A stretch of DNA of 64,000 nucleotides from Alphaproteobacteria bacterium (lineage in GTDB: Bacteria > Pseudomonadota > Alphaproteobacteria > Bin95): NCBI GenBank assembly GCA_965205265.1, contig CBDBGH010000003.1, positions 1,920,001 through 1,984,000 on the forward strand, given 5' to 3'. Numbering within the stretch: position 1 is the first letter of the stretch; each line of letters opens with the position of its first letter. Positions 62,396 through 64,000 of this stretch are shown one piece after another. The position numbers and the translations under genes are program-made. The notes beneath the pieces were generated by a model that saw only the letters and a program-made list of their open reading frames with translations, did no database searches and was not told the origin of the DNA.

Positions 62396-63388
62396 ATGAC
62401 GGCGCCGGCCGGTGCAGTATCGGCCGCGCCAACCGAAGCCGGACCGCTGCCCATGCCCGACCGACTGCATGCCGCCCCCGACACCGTCCACTGGGGTTTC
62501 TTCGACGCCCGGCTCAAGCCCGCGCTCACCGTCGAGAGCGGCGCGGAGGTCGAGATCGAGACGGTTTCCGGCGCGCCGGACGCCCTTCCCGGCCCGGGTT
62601 TCGAGGTGCCGGAGGGATTGCGCCGCATCCATGCCGAGACGCCGCGGCCGCTCGGCTCCGGCCATATCCTGACCGGGCCGGTCGCCGTCGCGGGCGCCGT
62701 TCCGGGCGATGCGCTCCGGGTCGAGATTCTGGATGTCCAGCTCGGCACGGACTGGGGCTGGAACGCGATCCGGCCGCTCGGCGGCGCGCTGCCGGACCAA
62801 TTCCCGGAAGGGCGGATGGTCACGATCCCGCTCGACCGCGACGCCGGCGAAGCCCGGATGCCCTGGGGCGGGGCGCTCGCCTGCCGGCCGTTTTTCGGCG
62901 TCATGGGCACGGCCCCGCCGGCGCATTGGGGCATGGTGAGCTCGGTCCAGCCGCGCGCCTTCGGCGGCAATATCGACTGCAAGGAACTGACTGCGGGCTC
63001 CGTGCTCTACCTGCCGGTGTTTGCGGACGGCGCGCTCTTCTCCTGCGGCGACGGCCATGCCGTGCAGGGCGACGGCGAAGTGTGCCTGACGGCCGTAGAA
63101 ACGGGGCTAACCGGGCGGTTCCGCCTCACGCTCAGCAAGGACATGGGCCTGGAGGCGCCGATGGCCGAGACGGCGGAACACTGGATCCAGCTCGCCTTCG
63201 ACGCCTCGCTCGACCGGGCCGCCCGCACGGCGCTCAGCCGGATGATCGACTTCATCTGCCTGCGCTCCAACCTGTCGCGGGAGGACGCCTACATGCTGTG
63301 CAGCCTGGCCTGCGACCTGCGCATCACCCAGCTGGTGAACCAGCAGCAGGGCGTCCACGCCATGCTGGACAAGGGGCTGATTCCCTGA
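62396..63388 (+). CDS. Acetamidase/formamidase family protein
   Basis: TVHWG, HILTGP, FGGNID, GDGHAVQGDGE; start may be ATG 62453. Confidence 0.88.
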   Translation: MTAPAGAVSAAPTEAGPLPMPDRLHAAPDTVHWGFFDARLKPALTVESGAEVEIETVSGAPDALPGPGFEVPEGLRRIHAETPRPLGSGHILTGPVAVAGAVPGDALRVEILDVQLGTDWGWNAIRPLGGALPDQFPEGRMVTIPLDRDAGEARMPWGGALACRPFFGVMGTAPPAHWGMVSSVQPRAFGGNIDCKELTAGSVLYLPVFADGALFSCGDGHAVQGDGEVCLTAVETGLTGRFRLTLSKDMGLEAPMAETAEHWIQLAFDASLDRAARTALSRMIDFICLRSNLSREDAYMLCSLACDLRITQLVNQQQGVHAMLDKGLIP

Positions 63389-63411
63389 CGAAGCGGAGGG
63401 AGGACCGCCCC

Positions 63412-64000
63412 ATGCTGTTCGGCGCGGCGATGTTCGTCACCGATTACTCCATGCGGCCTGCGGCGCTGGCGCGGGCGCTGGAGGAACGCGGCTTCGAGTC
63501 CTTCTGGGCCCCGGAGCATTCCCACATTCCGGTGGACCGCGCCTCGCCCTGGCCGCAGGGCGGGCCGCTGCCGGAGAAATACGCCGATGTGGCGGACCCG
63601 TTCGTCGTGCTCTCCATGGCCGCGGCCGCCACGGAGCGCCTGAAGGTCGCGACCGGCATCTGCCTCGCCGCCCAGCGCGACCCGATACAGCTGGCGAAGG
63701 AGACCGCGAGCCTGGACGCGCTATCGGAAGGGCGTTTCCTGTTCGGCGTCGGCGGCGGCTGGAACCGCGAGGAGATGGCGGGCCACGGCACGGCGTTCGA
63801 GGAGCGGTTCTCGATTCTGCGCGAGCGCATCGCCGCCATCCGCGCCATCTGGAGCGAGGAGGAAGCGGCGTTTTCCGGCCGGCATCTGTCCTTCCCGCCG
63901 ATGCGCTCGCGCCCGAAGCCCGCGCAGCCCGGAGGACCGCCCGTGCTGGTCGGCGGCGAGTTCCCGCATGGCGCGCGCCGGGCGCTCGCCTGGGGCGACG
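63412..64000 (+). CDS. LLM-class probable F420-dependent oxidoreductase, truncated by window edge
   Basis: MFVTDYSM, EHSHIP, DPFVVL, RDPIQLAKE, GGWNREEM; GGAGG RBS. Confidence 0.85.
   Translation, partial: MLFGAAMFVTDYSMRPAALARALEERGFESFWAPEHSHIPVDRASPWPQGGPLPEKYADVADPFVVLSMAAAATERLKVATGICLAAQRDPIQLAKETASLDALSEGRFLFGVGGGWNREEMAGHGTAFEERFSILRERIAAIRAIWSEEEAAFSGRHLSFPPMRSRPKPAQPGGPPVLVGGEFPHGARRALAWGD

Overview
GC-rich alphaproteobacterial chromosomal window. Its backbone is core genes: mucR-olsB-olsA-miaB-phoH-ybeY-corC-lnt; tRNA-Ser, leuS-lptE-holA; tpiA, malonyl-CoA decarboxylase, nnr, NUDIX, tRNA-His; glnB-glnA; etfBA-hbd. Accessory catabolic genes lie between them: a peptide-type ABC transporter, hydantoinase A/B, SDRs, three LLM/F420-type oxidoreductases, TauD and an orphan phnM. 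The unusual signal is an interlinked set of mobile elements. (i) An IS1595 element has only one end in the window and appears to carry a TbpB-like surface lipoprotein behind a structured ~170-nt leader that can pair alternatively with the start codon. (ii) Two copies of a 248-bp MITE have IS1595-like ends and 8-bp TSDs and carry a REP-type palindrome doublet. (iii) Two 1916-bp IS1634 copies have long, unequal target duplications (82 and 38 bp); one is nested in the MITE, which is itself inside a REP-like element, and the other disrupts maeB. (iv) An internally deleted IS4 replaces the core of a REP doublet. (v) An IS5 relic sits beside tRNA-Ser. All calls come from reading the sequence by eye; no searches or folding were run.
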